Positions 63,468 through 64,000 of a stretch of 64,000 nucleotides of DNA are shown in pieces. The position numbers and the translations under genes are program-made. Source of the stretch: Octopus vulgaris (taxonomy: Eukaryota). The notes beneath the pieces are model-generated. The model searched no databases, was not told where the DNA came from, and was given only the letters and a program-made list of their open reading frames with translations. Location: positions 70,990,001-71,054,000 of the forward strand of contig OX597828.1 of NCBI GenBank assembly GCA_951406725.2. The letters run 5' to 3'. Every line of letters starts with the position of its first letter. Within the stretch, counting starts at the first letter, position 1.

Positions 63468-64000
63468 ATCCACCTCACTGACCATTTGGCTGAACTTGAC
63501 AATGTTCTTTTGATTATATATGTAAGGCATCAATACAATACACACACATACACTCGTGTACAATTACCTATCCAACAAACCGTTATAAACATCTCAAGTT
63601 TATGCATTCCTTCACAGACGGATTTCCAGGAGTTGTGGCATTTTGCTGCACTTGAGATGTGCCAAGCTAAGTAAACTCGCCGCCACCCATAGATATAAAG
63701 GCTTCTCCTTTACAGGTGCCAGTGCCACATAAAATGCACTCGTGCCAGTGGCGTGTATACTGCACCCAGCTCACTCTGTAAAGTGGTTGGCGTGTTAGGA
63801 AGGGTATCCCAGCCTGAGAAACCATGCCACAACAGACAATTGAAGTCTGGACATCTCCCCGGCTGACCCTCTCCAGTCAAACCGTCCAACCCATACCAGC
63901 ATGGAAAACATGTTAAATGATGATGATGATGATGATGATGATGTCATTACCATTTTACAAAAATGGCAGCCTAATTGTTGGTACACCAGATGAAATGCTT

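Overview
AT-rich, microsatellite- and SINE-dense eukaryotic DNA. The repeat families look like octopus (coleoid cephalopod), which is an inference from the repeat landscape. The one well-supported protein gene is a + strand SON homologue (nuclear-speckle splicing cofactor). I reconstructed nine phase-consistent GT-AG coding exons from 43826 to 62182 (~668 codons), covering the RS domain, the IDKxKL/GGKTVEEL and QFPVSSGSQHR motifs, and the G-patch; the C-terminal dsRNA-binding motif should lie beyond the window. A CpG-rich region at ~3.0-4.9 kb with ATGGCGGC and a splice donor is the probable promoter/first exon, which implies ~39 kb of 5' introns. Those introns hold dead mariner elements, a hAT MITE nested in a SINE, LINE relics, several SINE families and minisatellites. 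The most unusual signal is about ten minimal type-I hammerhead-ribozyme motifs of Penelope-like type from several sequence families. Many sit in inverted (fold-back) arrangements, and one family has a tRNA-derived Pol III head fused to the hammerhead. Nearly all long (TA/TG/CA) ORFs in the supplied track are microsatellite artefacts.
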